Positions 1 to 13,900 of a stretch of DNA of 64,000 nt are shown in pieces. The notes beneath the pieces are model-generated. The model did not search any database. It had not been told where the DNA came from and saw only the letters and a program-made list of their open reading frames with translations. Source of the DNA: the human T2T-CHM13v2.0 reference genome, Homo sapiens. The stretch lies in the NCBI RefSeq assembly GCF_009914755.1, contig NC_060942.1. One strand, given 5' to 3'. Position 1 is the first letter of the stretch. Each line of letters begins with the position of its first letter. Made by a program: the position numbers and the translations under genes.

Positions 1-267
1 ATTCAAGTCACAGAATTGAACATTCCCTTTCACAGAGCAGGTTTGAAACACTCTTTTTGTAGTGTGTGTAAGTGGACATTTGGAGCGCTTTCCGGCCTAA
101 GGTGAAAAAGGAAATATCTTCCCATAAAAACTAGACAGAAGCATTCTCAGAAACTTACTCGTGATGTGTGTCCTCAACTAAAGGAGTAGAACCTTTCTTT
201 TCATAGAGAAGTTTTGAAACGCTCTTTTTGTGGAATCTGCAAGTGGATATTTGGCTAGTTTTGAGGA

Positions 268-284
268 TTTCGTTGGAAGCGGGA
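268..284 (+). other. CENP-B box in m1 (TTTCGTTGGAAGCGGGA), repeated in each HOR
   Basis: Matches the 17-bp consensus NTTCGNNNNANNCGGGN. Confidence 0.95.
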
Positions 285-605
285 ATTCATACAAATTGCA
301 GACTGCAGCGTTCTGAGAAACATCTTTGTGATGTTTGTATTCAGGACACAGAGTTGAACATTCCCTATCATAGAGCAGGTTTGAATCACTCCTTTTGTAG
401 TATCTGGAAGTGGACATTTGGAGCGCTTTCAGGCCTATGTTGGAAAAGGAAATATCTTCCCATAACAACTAGACAGAAGCATTCTCAGAAACTTATTTGA
501 GATGTGTGTACTCAACTAAGAGAATTGAACCACCGTTTTGAAGGAGCAGTTTTGAAACACTCTTTTTCTGGAATCTGCAAGTGGATATTTGGCTAGCTTT
601 GGGGA

Positions 606-622
606 TTTCGCTGGAAGCGGGA
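606..622 (+). other. CENP-B box in m3 (TTTCGCTGGAAGCGGGA)
   Basis: All 9 essential positions (TTCG, A, CGGG) are intact. Confidence 0.92.
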
Positions 623-771
623 ATACATATAAAAAGCACACAGCAGCGTTCTGAGAAACTGCTTTCTGATGTTTGCATTCAAGTCAAAAGTTGAACACTC
701 CCTTTCATAGAGCAGTCTTGAAACACCCCTTTTGTAGTATCTGGAACTGGACTTTTGGAGCGATTTCAGGG

Positions 772-788
772 CTAAGGTGAAAAAGGAA
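772..788 (-). other. pJalpha-type (A-box) site in a box-less monomer (m4; equivalent sites at 97-113 and 2132-2148)
   Basis: CTAAGGTGAAAAAGGAA, whose reverse complement TTCCTTTTTCACCTTAG resembles the pJalpha motif, sits at the position equivalent to the CENP-B box in the alternate monomers. Confidence 0.65.
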
Positions 789-942
789 ATATCTTCCCAT
801 AAAAACTGGACAGAAGCATTCTCAGAAACTTGTTTATGCTGTATCTACTCAACTAACAAAGTTGAACCTTTCTTTTGATAGAGCAGTTTTGAAATGGTCT
901 TTTTGTGGAATCTGCAAGTGGATATTTGGCTAGTTTTGAGGA

Positions 943-959
943 TTTCGTTGGAAGCGGGA
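943..959 (+). other. CENP-B box in m5 (TTTCGTTGGAAGCGGGA)
   Basis: Consensus match; intact in the majority haplotype and disrupted in six right-hand units. Confidence 0.95.
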
Positions 960-1280
960 ATTCATACAAATTGCAGACTGCAGCGTTCTGAGAAACATCT
1001 TTGTGATGTTTGTATTCAGGACACAGAGTTGAACATTCCCTATCATAGAGCAGGTTGGAATCACTCCTTTTGTAGTATCTGGAAGTGGACATTTGGAGCG
1101 CTTTCAGGCCTATTTTGGAAAGGGAAATATCTTCCCGTAACAACTATGCAGAAGCATTCTCAGAAACTTGTTTGTGATGTGTGCCCTCTACTGACAGAGT
1201 TGAACCTTTCTTTTCATAGAGCAGTTTTGAAACACTCTTTTTGTAGAATCTGCAAGAGGATATTTGCATAGCTTTGAGGA

Positions 1281-1297
1281 TTTCGTGGGAAACGGGA
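1281..1297 (+). other. CENP-B box in m7 (TTTCGTGGGAAACGGGA)
   Basis: Essential positions intact. Confidence 0.92.
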
Positions 1298-1622
1298 TTG
1301 TCTTCAGGTAAAATCTAGACAGAAGCATTCTCAGAAACTTCTTTGGGATGTTTGCATTCAAGTCACAGAGTAGAACATTCCCTTTGGTAGAGCAGGTTTG
1401 AAACACTCTTTTTGTAGTATCTGGAAGTGGACATTTGGAGCGCTTTCAGGCCCATGTTGGAAAAGGAAATATCTTCCCGTAACAACTAGGCAGAAGCATT
1501 CTCAGAAACTTATTTGAGATGTGTGTACTCAACTAAGAGAATTGAACCACCGTTTTGAAGGAGCAGTTTTGAAACACTCTTTTTCTGGAATCTGCAAGAG
1601 TATATTTGCCTAGCCTTGAGGA

Positions 1623-1639
1623 TTTCGTTGGAAACGGGA
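1623..1639 (+). other. CENP-B box in m9 (TTTCGTTGGAAACGGGA)
   Basis: Canonical box sequence. Confidence 0.95.
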
Positions 1640-1964
1640 TTGTCTTCAGAGAAAATCTAGACAGAAGCATTCTCAGAAACTTCTTTGGGATGTTTGCATT
1701 CAAGTCACAGAGTAGAACATTCCCTTTGGTAGAGCAGGTTTGAAACACTCTTTTTTTAGTATATGGAAGTGGACATTTGGAGCGCTTTCAGGCCTACGTT
1801 GGAAAAGGAAATATCTTCCCATAAAAACTAGACAGAAGCATTCTCAGAAACTAGTTTCTGATGTGTGTCCTCAACTAACACAGTTGAACATTTCTTTAGA
1901 CAGAACAGTTTTGAAACACTCTTTTTGTGGAATCTGCAAGTGGCTATTTGGCTAGATTTGAGGA

Positions 1965-1981
1965 TTTCGTTGGAAACGGGA
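1965..1981 (+). other. CENP-B box in m11 (TTTCGTTGGAAACGGGA)
   Basis: Canonical box sequence; the sixth box of the 12-mer. Confidence 0.95.
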
Positions 1982-4900
1982 TTACATATAAAAAGCAGTC
2001 AGCAGCATTCTCAGAAAGTTCTTTGTGATGATTGCATTCAAGTCACAGAATTGAACACTCCCTTTCACAGAGCAGGTTTGAAACACTCTTTTTGTAGTGT
2101 GTGTAAGTGGACATTTGGAGCGCTTTCCGGCCTAAGGTGAAAAAGGAAATATCTTCCCATAAAAACTAGACAGAAGCATTCTCAGAAACTTACTCGTGAT
2201 GTGTGTCCTCAACTAAAGGAGTAGAACCTTTCTTTTCATAGAGAAGTTTTGAAACGCTCTTTTTGTGGAATCTGCAAGTGGATATTTGGCTAGTTTTGAG
2301 GATTTCGTTGGAAGCGGGAATTCATACAAATTGCAGACTGCAGCGTTCTGAGAATCATCTTTGTGATGTTTGTATTCAGGACACAGAGTTGAACATTCCC
2401 TATCATAGAGCAGGTTTGAATCACTCCTTTTGTAATATCTGGAAGTGGACATTTGGAGCGCTTTCAGGCCTATGTTGGAAAAGGAAATATCTTCCCATAA
2501 CAACTAGACAGAAGCATTCTCAGAAACTTATTTGAGATGTGTGTACTCAACTAAGAGAATTGAACCACCGTTTTGAAGGAGCAGTTTTGAAACACTCTTT
2601 TTCTGGAATCTGCAAGTGGATATTTGGCTAGCTTTGGGGATTTCGCTGGAAGCGGGAATACATATAAAAAGCACACAGCAGCGTTCTGAGAAACTGCTTT
2701 CTGATGTTTGCATTCAAGTCAAAAGTTGAACACTCCCTTTCATAGAGCAGTCTTGAAACACCCCTTTTGTAGTATCTGGAACTGGACTTTTGGAGCGATT
2801 TCAGGGCTAAGGTGAAAAAGGAAATATCTTCCCATAAAAACTGGACAGAAGCATTCTCAGAAACTTGTTTATGCTGTATCTACTCAACTAACAAAGTTGA
2901 ACCTTTCTTTTGATAGAGCAGTTTTGAAATGGTCTTTTTGTGGAATCTGCAAGTGGATATTTGGCTAGTTTTGAGGATTTCGTTGGAAGCGGGAATTCAT
3001 ACAAATTGCAGACTGCAGCGTTCTGAGAAACATCTTTGTGATGTTTGTATTCAGGACACAGAGTTGAACATTCCCTATCATAGAGCAGGTTGGAATCACT
3101 CCTTTTGTAGTATCTGGAAGTGGACATTTGGAGCGCTTTCAGGCCTATTTTGGAAAGGGAAATATCTTCCCGTAACAACTATGCAGAAGCATTCTCAGAA
3201 ACTTGTTTGTGATGTGTGCCCTCTACTGACAGAGTTGAACCTTTCTTTTCATAGAGCAGTTTTGAAACACTCTTTTTGTAGAATCTGCAAGAGGATATTT
3301 GCATAGCTTTGAGGATTTCGTGGGAAACGGGATTGTCTTCAGGTAAAATCTAGACAGAAGCATTCTCAGAAACTTCTTTGGGATGTTTGCATTCAAGTCA
3401 CAGAGTAGAACATTCCCTTTGGTAGAGCAGGTTTGAAACACTCTTTTTGTAGTATCTGGAAGTGGACATTTGGAGCGCTTTCAGGCCCATGTTGGAAAAG
3501 GAAATATCTTCCCGTAACAACTAGGCAGAAGCATTCTCAGAAACTTATTTGAGATGTGTGTACTCAACTAAGAGAATTGAACCACCGTTTTGAAGGAGCA
3601 GTTTTGAAACACTCTTTTTCTGGAATCTGCAAGAGTATATTTGCCTAGCCTTGAGGATTTCGTTGGAAACGGGATTGTCTTCAGAGAAAATCTAGACAGA
3701 AGCATTCTCAGAAACTTCTTTGGGATGTTTGCATTCAAGTCACAGAGTAGAACATTCCCTTTGGTAGAGCAGGTTTGAAACACTCTTTTTTTAGTATATG
3801 GAAGTGGACATTTGGAGCGCTTTCAGGCCTACGTTGGAAAAGGAAATATCTTCCCATAACAACTAGACAGAAGCATTCTCAGAAACTAGTTTCTGATGTG
3901 TGTCCTCAACTAACACAGTTGAACATTTCTTTAGACAGAACAGTTTTGAAACACTCTTTTTGTGGAATCTGCAAGTGGCTATTTGGCTAGATTTGAGGAT
4001 TTCGTTGGAAACGGGATTACATATAAAAAGCAGTCAGCAGCATTCTCAGAAAGTTCTTTGTGATGATTGCATTCAAGTCACAGAATTGAACATTCCCTTT
4101 CACAGAGCAGGTTTGAAACCCTCTTTTTGTAGTGTGTGTAAGTGGACATTTGGAGCGCTTTCCGGCCTAAGGTGAAAAAGGAAATATCTTCCCATAAAAA
4201 CTAGACAGAAGCATTCTCAGAAACTTACTCGTGATGTGTGTCCTCAACTAAAGGAGTAGAACCTTTCTTTTCATAGAGAAGTTTTGAAACGCTCTTTTTG
4301 TGGAATCTGCAAGTGGATATTTGGCTAGTTTGGAGGATTTCGTTGGAAGCGGGAATTCATACAAATTGCAGACTGCAGCGTTCTGAGAAACATCTTTGTG
4401 ATGTTTGTATTCAGGACACAGAGTTGAACATTCCCTATCATAGAGCAGGTTTGAATCACTCCTTTTGTAGTATCTGGAAGTGGACATTTGGAGCGCTTTC
4501 AGGCCTATGTTGGAAAAGGAAATATCTTCCCATAACAACTAGACAGAAGCATTCTCAGAAACTTATTTGAGATGTGTGTACTCAACTAAGAGAATTGAAC
4601 CACCGTTTTGAAGGAGCAGTTTTGAAACACTCTTTTTCTGGAATCTGCAAGTGGATATTTGGCTAGCTTTGGGGATTTCGCTGGAAGCGGGAATACATAT
4701 AAAAAGCACACAGCAGCGTTCTGAGAAACTGCTTTCTGATGTTTGCATTCAAGTCAAAAGTTGAACACTCCCTTTCATAGAGCAGTCTTGAAACACCCCT
4801 TTTGTAGTATCTGGAACTGGACTTTTGGAGCGATTTCAGGGCTAAGGTGAAAAAGGAAATATCTTCCCATAAAAACTGGACAGAAGCATTCTCAGAAACT

Positions 4901-7900
4901 TGGTTATGCTGTATCTACTCAACTAACAAAGTTGAACCTTTCTTTTGATAGAGCAGTTTTGAAATGGTCTTTTTGTGGAATCTGCTAGTGGATATTTGGC
5001 TAGTTTTGAGGATTTCGTTGGAAGCGGGAATTCATACAAATTGCAGACTGCAGCGTTCTGAGAAACATCTTTGTGATGTTTGTATTCAGGACACAGAGTT
5101 GAACATTCCCTATCATAGAGCAGGTTGGAATCACTCCTTTTGTAGTATCTGGAAGTGGACATTTGGAGCGCTTTCAGGCCTATTTTGGAAAGGGAAATAT
5201 CTTCCCGTAACAACTATGCAGAAGCATTCTCAGAAACTTGTTTGTGATGTGTGCCCTCTACTGACAGAGTTGAACCTTTCTTTTCATAGAGCAGTTTTGA
5301 AACACTCTTTTTGTAGAATCTGCAAGAGGATATTTGCATAGCTTTGAGGATTTCGTGGGAAACGGGATTGTCTTCAGGTAAAATCTAGACAGAAGCATTC
5401 TCAGAAACTTCTTTGGGATGTTTGCATTCAAGTCACAGAGTAGAACATTCCCTTTGGTAGAGCAGGTTTGAAACACTCTTTTTGTAGTATCTGGAAGTGG
5501 ACATTTGGAGCGCTTTCAGGCCTATGTTGGAAAGGGAAATATCTTCCCGTAACAACTAGGCAGAAGCATTCTCAGAAACTTATTTGAGATGTGTGTACTC
5601 AACTAAGAGAATTGAACCACCGTTTTGAAGGAGCAGTTTTGAAACACTCTTTTTCTGGAATCTGCAAGAGTATATTTGCCTAGCCTTGAGGATTTCGTTG
5701 GAAACGGGATTGTATTCAGATAAAATCTAGACAGAAGCATTCTCAGAAACTTCTTTGGGATGTTTGCATTCAAGTCACAGAGTAGAACATTCCCTTTGGT
5801 AGAGCAGGTTTGAAACACTCTTTTTTTAGTATATGGAAGTGGACATTTTGATCGCTTTCAGGCCTACGTTGGAAAAGGAAATATCTTCCCATAACAACTA
5901 GACAGAAGCATTCTCAGAAACTAGTTTCTGATGTGTGTCCTCAACTAACACAGTTGAACATTTCTATAGACAGAACAGTTTTGAAACACTCTTTTTGTGG
6001 AATCTGCAAGTGGCTATTTGGCTAGATTTGAGGATTTCGTTGGAAACGGGATTACATATAAAAAGCAGTCAGCAGCATTCTCAGAAAGTTCTTTGTGATG
6101 ATTGCATTCAAGTCACAGAATTGAACATTCCCTTTCACAGAGCAGGTTTGAAACACTCTTTTTGTAGTGTGTGTAAGTGGACATTTGGAACCCTTACCGG
6201 CCTAAGGTGAAAAAGGAAATATCTTCCCATAAAAACTAGACAGAAGCATTCTCAGAAACTTACTCGTGATGTGTGCCCTCAACTAAAGGAGTAGAACCTT
6301 TCTTTTCATAGAGAAGTTTTGGAACGCTCTTTTTGTGGAATCTGCAAGTGGATATTTGGCTAGTTTTGAGGATTTCGTTGGAAGCGGGAATTCATACAAA
6401 TTGCAGACTGCAGCGTTCTGAGAAACATCTTTGTGATGTTTGTATTCAGGACACAGAGTTGAACATTCCCTATCATAGAGCAGGTTTGAATCACTCCTTT
6501 TGTAGTATCTGGAAGTGGACATTTGGAGCGCTTTCAGGCCTATGTTGCAAAAGGAAATATCTTCCCATAACAACTAGACAGAAGCATTCTCAGAAACTTA
6601 TTTGAGATGTGTGTACTCAACTAAGAGAATTGAACCACCGTTTTGAAGGAGCAGTTTTGAAACACTCTTTTTCTGGAATCTGCAAGTGGATATTTGGCTA
6701 GCTTTGGGGATTTCGCTGGAAGCGGGAATACATATAAAAAGCACACAGCAGCGTTCTGAGAAACTGCTTTCTGATGTTTGCATTCAAGTCAAAAGTTGAA
6801 CACTCCCTTTCATAGAGCAGTCTTGAAACACCCCTTTTGTAGTATCTGGAACTGGACTTTTGGAGCGATTTCAGGGCTAAGGTGAAAAAGGAAATATCTT
6901 CCCATAAAAACTGGACAGAAGCATTCTCAGAAACTTGTTTATGCTGTATCTACTCAACTAACAAAGTTGAACCTTTCTTTTGATAGAGCAGTTTTGAAAT
7001 GGTCTTTTTGTGGAATCTGCAAGTGGATATTTGGCTAGTTTTGAGGATTTCGTTGGAAGCGGGAATTCATACAAATTGCAGACTGCAGCGTTCTGAGAAA
7101 CATCTTTGTGATGTTTGTATTCAGGACACAGAGTTGAACATTCCCTATCATAGAGCAGGTTGGAATCACTCCTTTTGTAGTATCTGGAAGTGGACATTTG
7201 GAGCGCTTTCAGGCCTATTTTGGAAAGGGAAATATCTTCCCGTAACAACTATGCAGAAGCATTCTCAGAAACTTGTTTGTGATGTGTGCCCTCTACTGAC
7301 AGAGTTGAACCTTTCTTTTCATAGAGCAGTTTTGAAACACTCTTTTTGTAGAATCTGCAAGAGGATATTTGCATAGCTTTGAGGATTTCGTGGGAAACGG
7401 GATTGTCTTCAGGTAAAATCTAGACAGAAGCATTCTCAGAAACTTCTTTGGGATGTTTGCATTCAAGTCACAGAGTAGAACATTCCCTTTGGTAGAGCAG
7501 GTTTGAAACACTCTTTTTGTAGTATCTGGAAGTGGACATTTGGAGCGCTTTCAGGTCCATGTTGGAAAAGGAAATATCTTCCCGTAGCAACTAGGCAGAA
7601 GCATTCTCAGAAACTTATTTGAGATGTGTGTACTCAACTAAGAGAATTGAACCACCGTTTTGAAGGAGCAGTTTTGAAACACTCTTTTTCTGGAATCTGC
7701 AAGAGTATATTTGCCTAGCCTTGAGGATTTCGTTGGAAACGGGATTGTCTTCAGAGAAAATCTAGACAGAAGCATTCTCAGAAACTTCTTTGGGATGTTT
7801 GCATTCAAGTCACAGAGTAGAACATTCCCTTTGGTAGAGCAGGTTTGAAACACTCTTTTTTTAGTATATGGAAGTGGACATTTGGAGCGCTTTCAGGCCT

Positions 7901-10900
7901 ACGTTGGAAAAGGAAATATCTTCCCATAACAACTAGACAGAAGCATTCTCAGAAACTAGTTTCTGATGTGTGTCCTCAACTAACACAGTTGAACATTTCT
8001 TTAGACAGAACAGTTTTGAAACACTCTTTTTGTGGAATCTGCAAGTGGCTATTTGGCTAGATTTGAGGATTTCGTTGGAAACGGGATTACATATAAAAAG
8101 CAGTCAGCAGCATTCTCAGAAAGTTCTTTGTGATGATTGCATTCAAGTCACAGAATTGAACATTCCCTTTCACAGAGCAGGTTTGAAACACTCTTTTTGT
8201 AGTGTGTGTAAGTGGACATTTGGAACCCTTACCGGCCTAAGGTGAAAAAGGAAATATCTTCCCATAAAAACTAGACAGAAGCATTCTCAGAAACTTACTC
8301 GTGATGTGTGCCCTCAGCTAAAGGAGTAGAACCTTTCTTTTCATAGAGAAGTTTTGAAACGCTCTTTTTGTGGAATCTGCAAGTGGATATTTGGCTAGTT
8401 TTGAGGATTTCGTTGGAAGCGGGAATTCATACAAATTGCAGACTGCAGCGTTCTGAGAAACATCTTTGTGATGTTTGTATTCAGGACACAGAGTTGAACA
8501 TTCCCTATCATAGAGCAGGTTTGAATCACTCCTTTTGTAGTATCTGGAAGTGGACATTTGGAGCGCTTTCAGGCCTATGTTGGAAAAGGAAATATCTTCC
8601 CATAACAACTAGACAGAAGCATTCTCAGAAACTTATTTGAGATGTGTGTACTCAACTAAGAGAATTGAACCACCGTTTTGAAGGAGCAGTTTTGAAACAC
8701 TCTTTTTCTGGAATCTGCAAGTGGATATTTGGCTAGCTTTGGGGATTTCGCTGGAAGCGGGAATACATATAAAAAGCACACAGCAGCGTTCTGAGAAACT
8801 GCTTTCTGATGTTTGCATTCAAGTCAAAAGTTGAACACTCCCTTTCATAGAGCAGTCTTGAAACACCCCTTTTGTAGTATCTGGAACTGGACTTTTGGAG
8901 CGATTTCAGGGCTAAGGTGAAAAAGGAAATATCTTCCCATAAAAACTGGACAGAAGCATTCTCAGAAACTTGTTTATGCTGTATCTACTCAACTAACAAA
9001 GTTGAACCTTTCTTTTGATAGAGCAGTTTTGAAATGGTCTTTTTGTGGAATCTGCAAGTGGATATTTGGCTAGTTTTGAGGATTTCGTTGGAAGCGGGAA
9101 TTCATACAAATTGCAGACTGCAGCGTTCTGAGAAACATCTTTGTGATGTTTGTATTCAGGACACAGAGTTGAACATTCCCTATCATAGAGCAGGTTGGAA
9201 TCACTCCTTTTGTAGTATCTGGAAGTGGACATTTGGAGCGCTTTCAGGCCTATTTTGGAAAGGGAAATATCTTCCCGTAACAACTATGCAGAAGCATTCT
9301 CAGAAACTTGTTTGTGATGTGTGCCCTCTACTGACAGAGTTGAACCTTTCTTTTCATAGAGCAGTTTTGAAACACTCTTTTTGTAGAATCTGCAAGAGGA
9401 TATTTGCATAGCTTTGAGGATTTCGTGGGAAACGGGATTGTCTTCAGGTAAAATCTAGACAGAAGCATTCTCAGAAACTTCTTTGGGATGTTTGCATTCA
9501 AGTCACAGAGTAGAACATTCCCTTTGGTAGAGCAGGTTTGAAACACTCTTTTTGTAGTATCTGGAAGTGGACATTTGGAGCGCTTTCAGGCCCATGTTGG
9601 AAAAGGAAATATCTTCCCGTAACAACTAGGCAGAAGCATTCTCAGAAACTTATTTGAGATGTGTGTACTCAACTAAGAGAATTGAACCACCGTTTTGAAG
9701 GAGCAGTTTTGAAACACTCTTTTTCTGGAATCTGCAAGAGTATATTTGCCTAGCCTTGAGGATTTCGTTGGAAACGGGATTGTCTTCAGAGAAAATCTAG
9801 ACAGAAGCATTCTCAGAAACTTCTTTGGGATGTTTGCATTCAAGTCACAGAGTAGAACATTCCCTTTGGTAGAGCAGGTTTGAAACACTCTTTTTTTAGT
9901 ATATGGAAGTGGACATTTGGATCGCTTTCAGGCCTACGTTGGAAAAGGAAATATCTTCCCATAACAACTAGACAGAAGCATTCTCAGAAACTAGTTTCTG
10001 ATGTGTGTCCTCAACTAACACAGTTGAACATTTCTTTAGACAGAACAGTTTTGAAACACTCTTTTTGTGGAATCTGCAAGTGGCTATTTGGCTAGATTTG
10101 AGGATTTCGTTGGAAACGGGATTACATATAAAAAGCAGTCAGCAGCATTCTCAGAAAGTTCTTTGTGATGATTGCATTCAAGTCACAGAATTGAACATTC
10201 CCTTTCACAGAGCAGGTTTGAAACACTCTTTTTGTAGTGTGTGTAAGTGGACATTTGGAGCACTTACCGGCCAAAGGTGAAAAAGGAAATATCTTCCCAT
10301 AAAAACTAGACAGAAGCATTCTCAGAAACTTACTCGTGATGTGTGCCCTCAACTAAAGGAGTAGAACCTTTCTTTTCATAGAGAAGTTTTGAAACGCTCT
10401 TTTTGTGGAATCTGCAAGTGGATATTTGGCTAGTTTTGAGGATTTCGTTGGAAGCGGGAATTCATACAAATTGCAGACTGCAGCGTTCTGAGAAACATCT
10501 TTGTGATGTTTGTATTCAGGACACAGAGTTGAACATTCCCTATCATAGAGCAGGTTTGAATCACTCCTTTTGTAGTATCTGGAAGTGGACATTTGGAGCG
10601 CTTTCAGGCCTATGTTGGAAAAGGAAATATCTTCCCATAACAACTAGACAGAAGCATTCTCAGAAACTTATTTGAGATGTGTGTACTCAACTAAGAGAAT
10701 TGAACCACCGTTTTGAAGGAGCAGTTTTGAAACACTCTTTTTCTGGAATCTGCAAGTGGATATTTGGCTAGCTTTGGGGATTTCGCTGGAAGCGGGAATA
10801 CATATAAAAAGCACACAGCAGCGTTCTGAGAAACTGCTTTCTGATGTTTGCATTCAAGTCAAAAGTTGAACACTCCCTTTCATAGAGCAGTCTTGAAACA

Positions 10901-13900
10901 CCCCTTTTGTAGTATCTGGAACTGGACTTTTGGAGCGATTTCAGGGCTAAGGTGAAAAAGGAAATATCTTCCCATAAAAACTGGACAGAAGCATTCTCAG
11001 AAACTTGTTTATGCTGTATCTACTCAACTAACAAAGTTGAACCTTTCTTTTGATAGAGCAGTTTTGAAATGGTCTTTTTGTGGAATCTGCAAGTGGATAT
11101 TTGGCTAGTTTTGAGGATTTCGTTGGAAGCGGGAATTCATACAAATTGCAGACTGCAGCGTTCTGAGAAACATCTTTGTGATGTTTGTATTCAGGACACA
11201 GAGTTGAACATTCCCTATCATAGAGCAGGTTGGAATCACTCCTTTTGTAGTATCTGGAAGTGGACATTTGGAGCGCTTTCAGGCCTATTTTGGAAAGGGA
11301 AATATCTTCCCGTAACAACTATGCAGAAGCATTCTCAGAAACTTGTTTGTGATGTGTGCCCTCTACTGACAGAGTTGAACCTTTCTTTTCATAGAGCAGT
11401 TTTGAAACACTCTTTTTGTAGAATCTGCAAGAGGATATTTGCATAGCTTTGAGGATTTCGTGGGAAACGGGATTGTCTTCAGGTAAAATCTAGACAGAAG
11501 CATTCTCAGAAACTTCTTTGGGATGTTTGCATTCAAGTCACAGAGTAGAACATTCCCTTTGGTAGAGCAGGTTTGAAACACTCTTTTTGTAGTATCTGGA
11601 AGTGGACATTTGGAGCGCTTTCAGGCCTATGTTGGAAAGGGAAATATCTTCCCGTAACAACTAGGCAGAAGCATTCTCAGAAACTTATTTGAGATGTGTG
11701 TACTCAACTAAGAGAATTGAACCACCGTTTTGAAGGAGCAGTTTTGAAACACTCTTTTTCTGGAATCTGCAAGAGTATATTTGCCTAGCCTTGAGGATTT
11801 CGTTGGAAACGGGATTGTCTTCAGAGAAAATCTAGACAGAAGCATTCTCAGAAACTTCTTTGGGATGTTTGCATTCAAGTCACAGAGTAGAACATTCCCT
11901 TTGGTAGAGCAGGTTTGAAACACTCTTTTTTTAGTATATGGAAGTGGACATTTGGAGCGCTTTCAGGCCTACGTTGGAAAAGGAAATATCTTCCCATAAC
12001 AACTAGACAGAAGCAATCTCAGAAACTAGTTTCTGATGTGTGTCCTCAACTAACACAGTTTAACATTTCTATAGACAGAACAGTTTTGAAACACTCTTTT
12101 TGTGGAATCTGCAAGTGGCTATTTGGCTAGATTTGAGGATTTCGTTGGAAACGGGATTACATATAAAAAGCAGTCAGCAGCATTCTCAGAAAGTTCTTTG
12201 TGATGATTGCATTCAAGTCACAGAATTGAACATTCCCTTTCACAGAGCAGGTTTGAAACACTCTTTTTGTAGTGTGTGTAAGTGGACATTTGGAACCCTT
12301 ACCGGCCTAAGGTGAAAAAGGAAATATCTTCCCATAAAAACTAGACAGAAGCATTCTCAGAAACTTACTCGTGATGTGTGCCCTCAACTAAAGGAGTAGA
12401 ACCTTTCTTTTCATAGAGAAGTTTTGAAACGCTCTTTTTGTGGAATCTGCAAGTGGATATTTGGCTAGTTTTGAGGATTTCGTTGGAAGCGGGAATTCAT
12501 ACAAATTGCAGACTGCAGCGTTCTGAGAAACATCTTTGTGATGTTTGTATTCAGGACACAGATTTGAACATTCCCTATCATAGAGCAGGTTTGAATCACT
12601 CCTTTTGTAGTATCTGGAAGTGGACATTTGGAGCGCTTTCAGGCCTATGTTGGAAAAGGAAATATCTTCCCATAACAACTAGACAGAAGCATTCTCAGAA
12701 ACTTATTTGAGATGTGTGTACTCAACTAAGAGAATTGAACCACCGTTTTGAAGGAGCAGTTTTGAAACACTCTTTTTCTGGAATCTGCAAGTGGATATTT
12801 GGCTAGCTTTGGGGATTTCGCTGGAAGCGGGAATACATATAAAAAGCACACAGCAGCGTTCTGAGAAACTGCTTTCTGATGTTTGCATTCAAGTCAAAAG
12901 TTGAACACTCCCTTTCATAGAGCAGTCTTGAAACACCCCTTTTGTAGTATCTGGAACTGGACTTTTGGAGCGATTTCAGGGCTAAGGTGAAAAAGGAAAT
13001 ATCTTCCCATAAAAACTGGACAGAAGCATTCTCAGAAACTTGTTTATGCTGTATCTACTCAACTAACAAAGTTGAACCTTTCTTTTGATAGAGCAGTTTT
13101 GAAATGGTCTTTTTGTGGAATCTGCAAGTGGATATTTGGCTAGTTTTGAGGATTTCGTTGGAAGCGGGAATTCATACAAATTGCAGACTGCAGCGTTCTG
13201 AGAAACATCTTTGTGATGTTTGTATTCAGGACACAGAGTTGAACATTCCCTATCATAGAGCAGGTTGGAATCACTCCTTTTGTAGTATCTGGAAGTGGAC
13301 ATTTGGAGCGCTTTCAGGCCTATTTTGGAAAGGGAAATATCTTCCCGTAACAACTATGCAGAAGCATTCTCAGAAACTTGTTTGTGATGTGTGCCCTCTA
13401 CTGACAGAGTTGAACCTTTCTTTTCATAGAGCAGTTTTGAAACACTCTTTTTGTAGAATCTGCAAGAGGATATTTGCATAGCTTTGAGGATTTCGTGGGA
13501 AACGGGATTGTCTTCAGGTAAAATCTAGACAGAAGCATTCTCAGAAACTTCTTTGGGATGTTTGCATTCAAGTCACAGAGTAGAACATTCCCTTTGGTAG
13601 AGCAGGTTTGAAACACTCTTTTTGTAGTATCTGGAAGTGGACATTTGGAGCGCTTTCAGGCCCATGTTGGAAAAGGAAATATCTTCCCGTAACAACTAGG
13701 CAGAAGCATTCTCAGAAACTTATTTGAGATGTGTGTACTCAACTAAGAGAATTGAACCACCGTTTTGAAGGAGCAGTTTTGAAACACTCTTTTTCTGGAA
13801 TCTGCAAGAGTATATTTGCCTAGCCTTGAGGATTTCGTTGGAAACGGGATTGTCTTCAGATCAAATCTAGACAGAAGCATTCTCAGAAACTTCTTTGGGA

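Larger units (their letters stand above)
142..2176 (+). repeat. Reference 12-mer HOR unit (2035 bp)
   Basis: Monomer starts at 142, 309, 480, 647, 817, 984, 1155, 1326, 1497, 1668, 1839 and 2006. Lengths are 167, 171, 167, 170, 167, 171, 171, 171, 171, 171, 167 and 171, summing to 2035; the next unit starts at 2177. Confidence 0.97.

Noticed and set aside
144-152. TTCTCAGAA imperfect palindrome resembling a STAT/GAS site, and other short dyads
   Set aside because: It is part of the general alpha-satellite consensus; there is no window-specific evidence of function.
142-2176. DXZ1, the other well-known human 12-mer HOR
   Set aside because: DXZ1 is about 2.06 kb and pentamer-based; this unit is 2035 bp and strictly dimeric, with boxes in alternate monomers.
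2058-8317. Singleton SNVs in the first units (e.g. near 2058, 2355, 4119, 6321, 8317)
   Set aside because: They are private single changes that cannot be told apart from recent mutation or sequencing error without reads.
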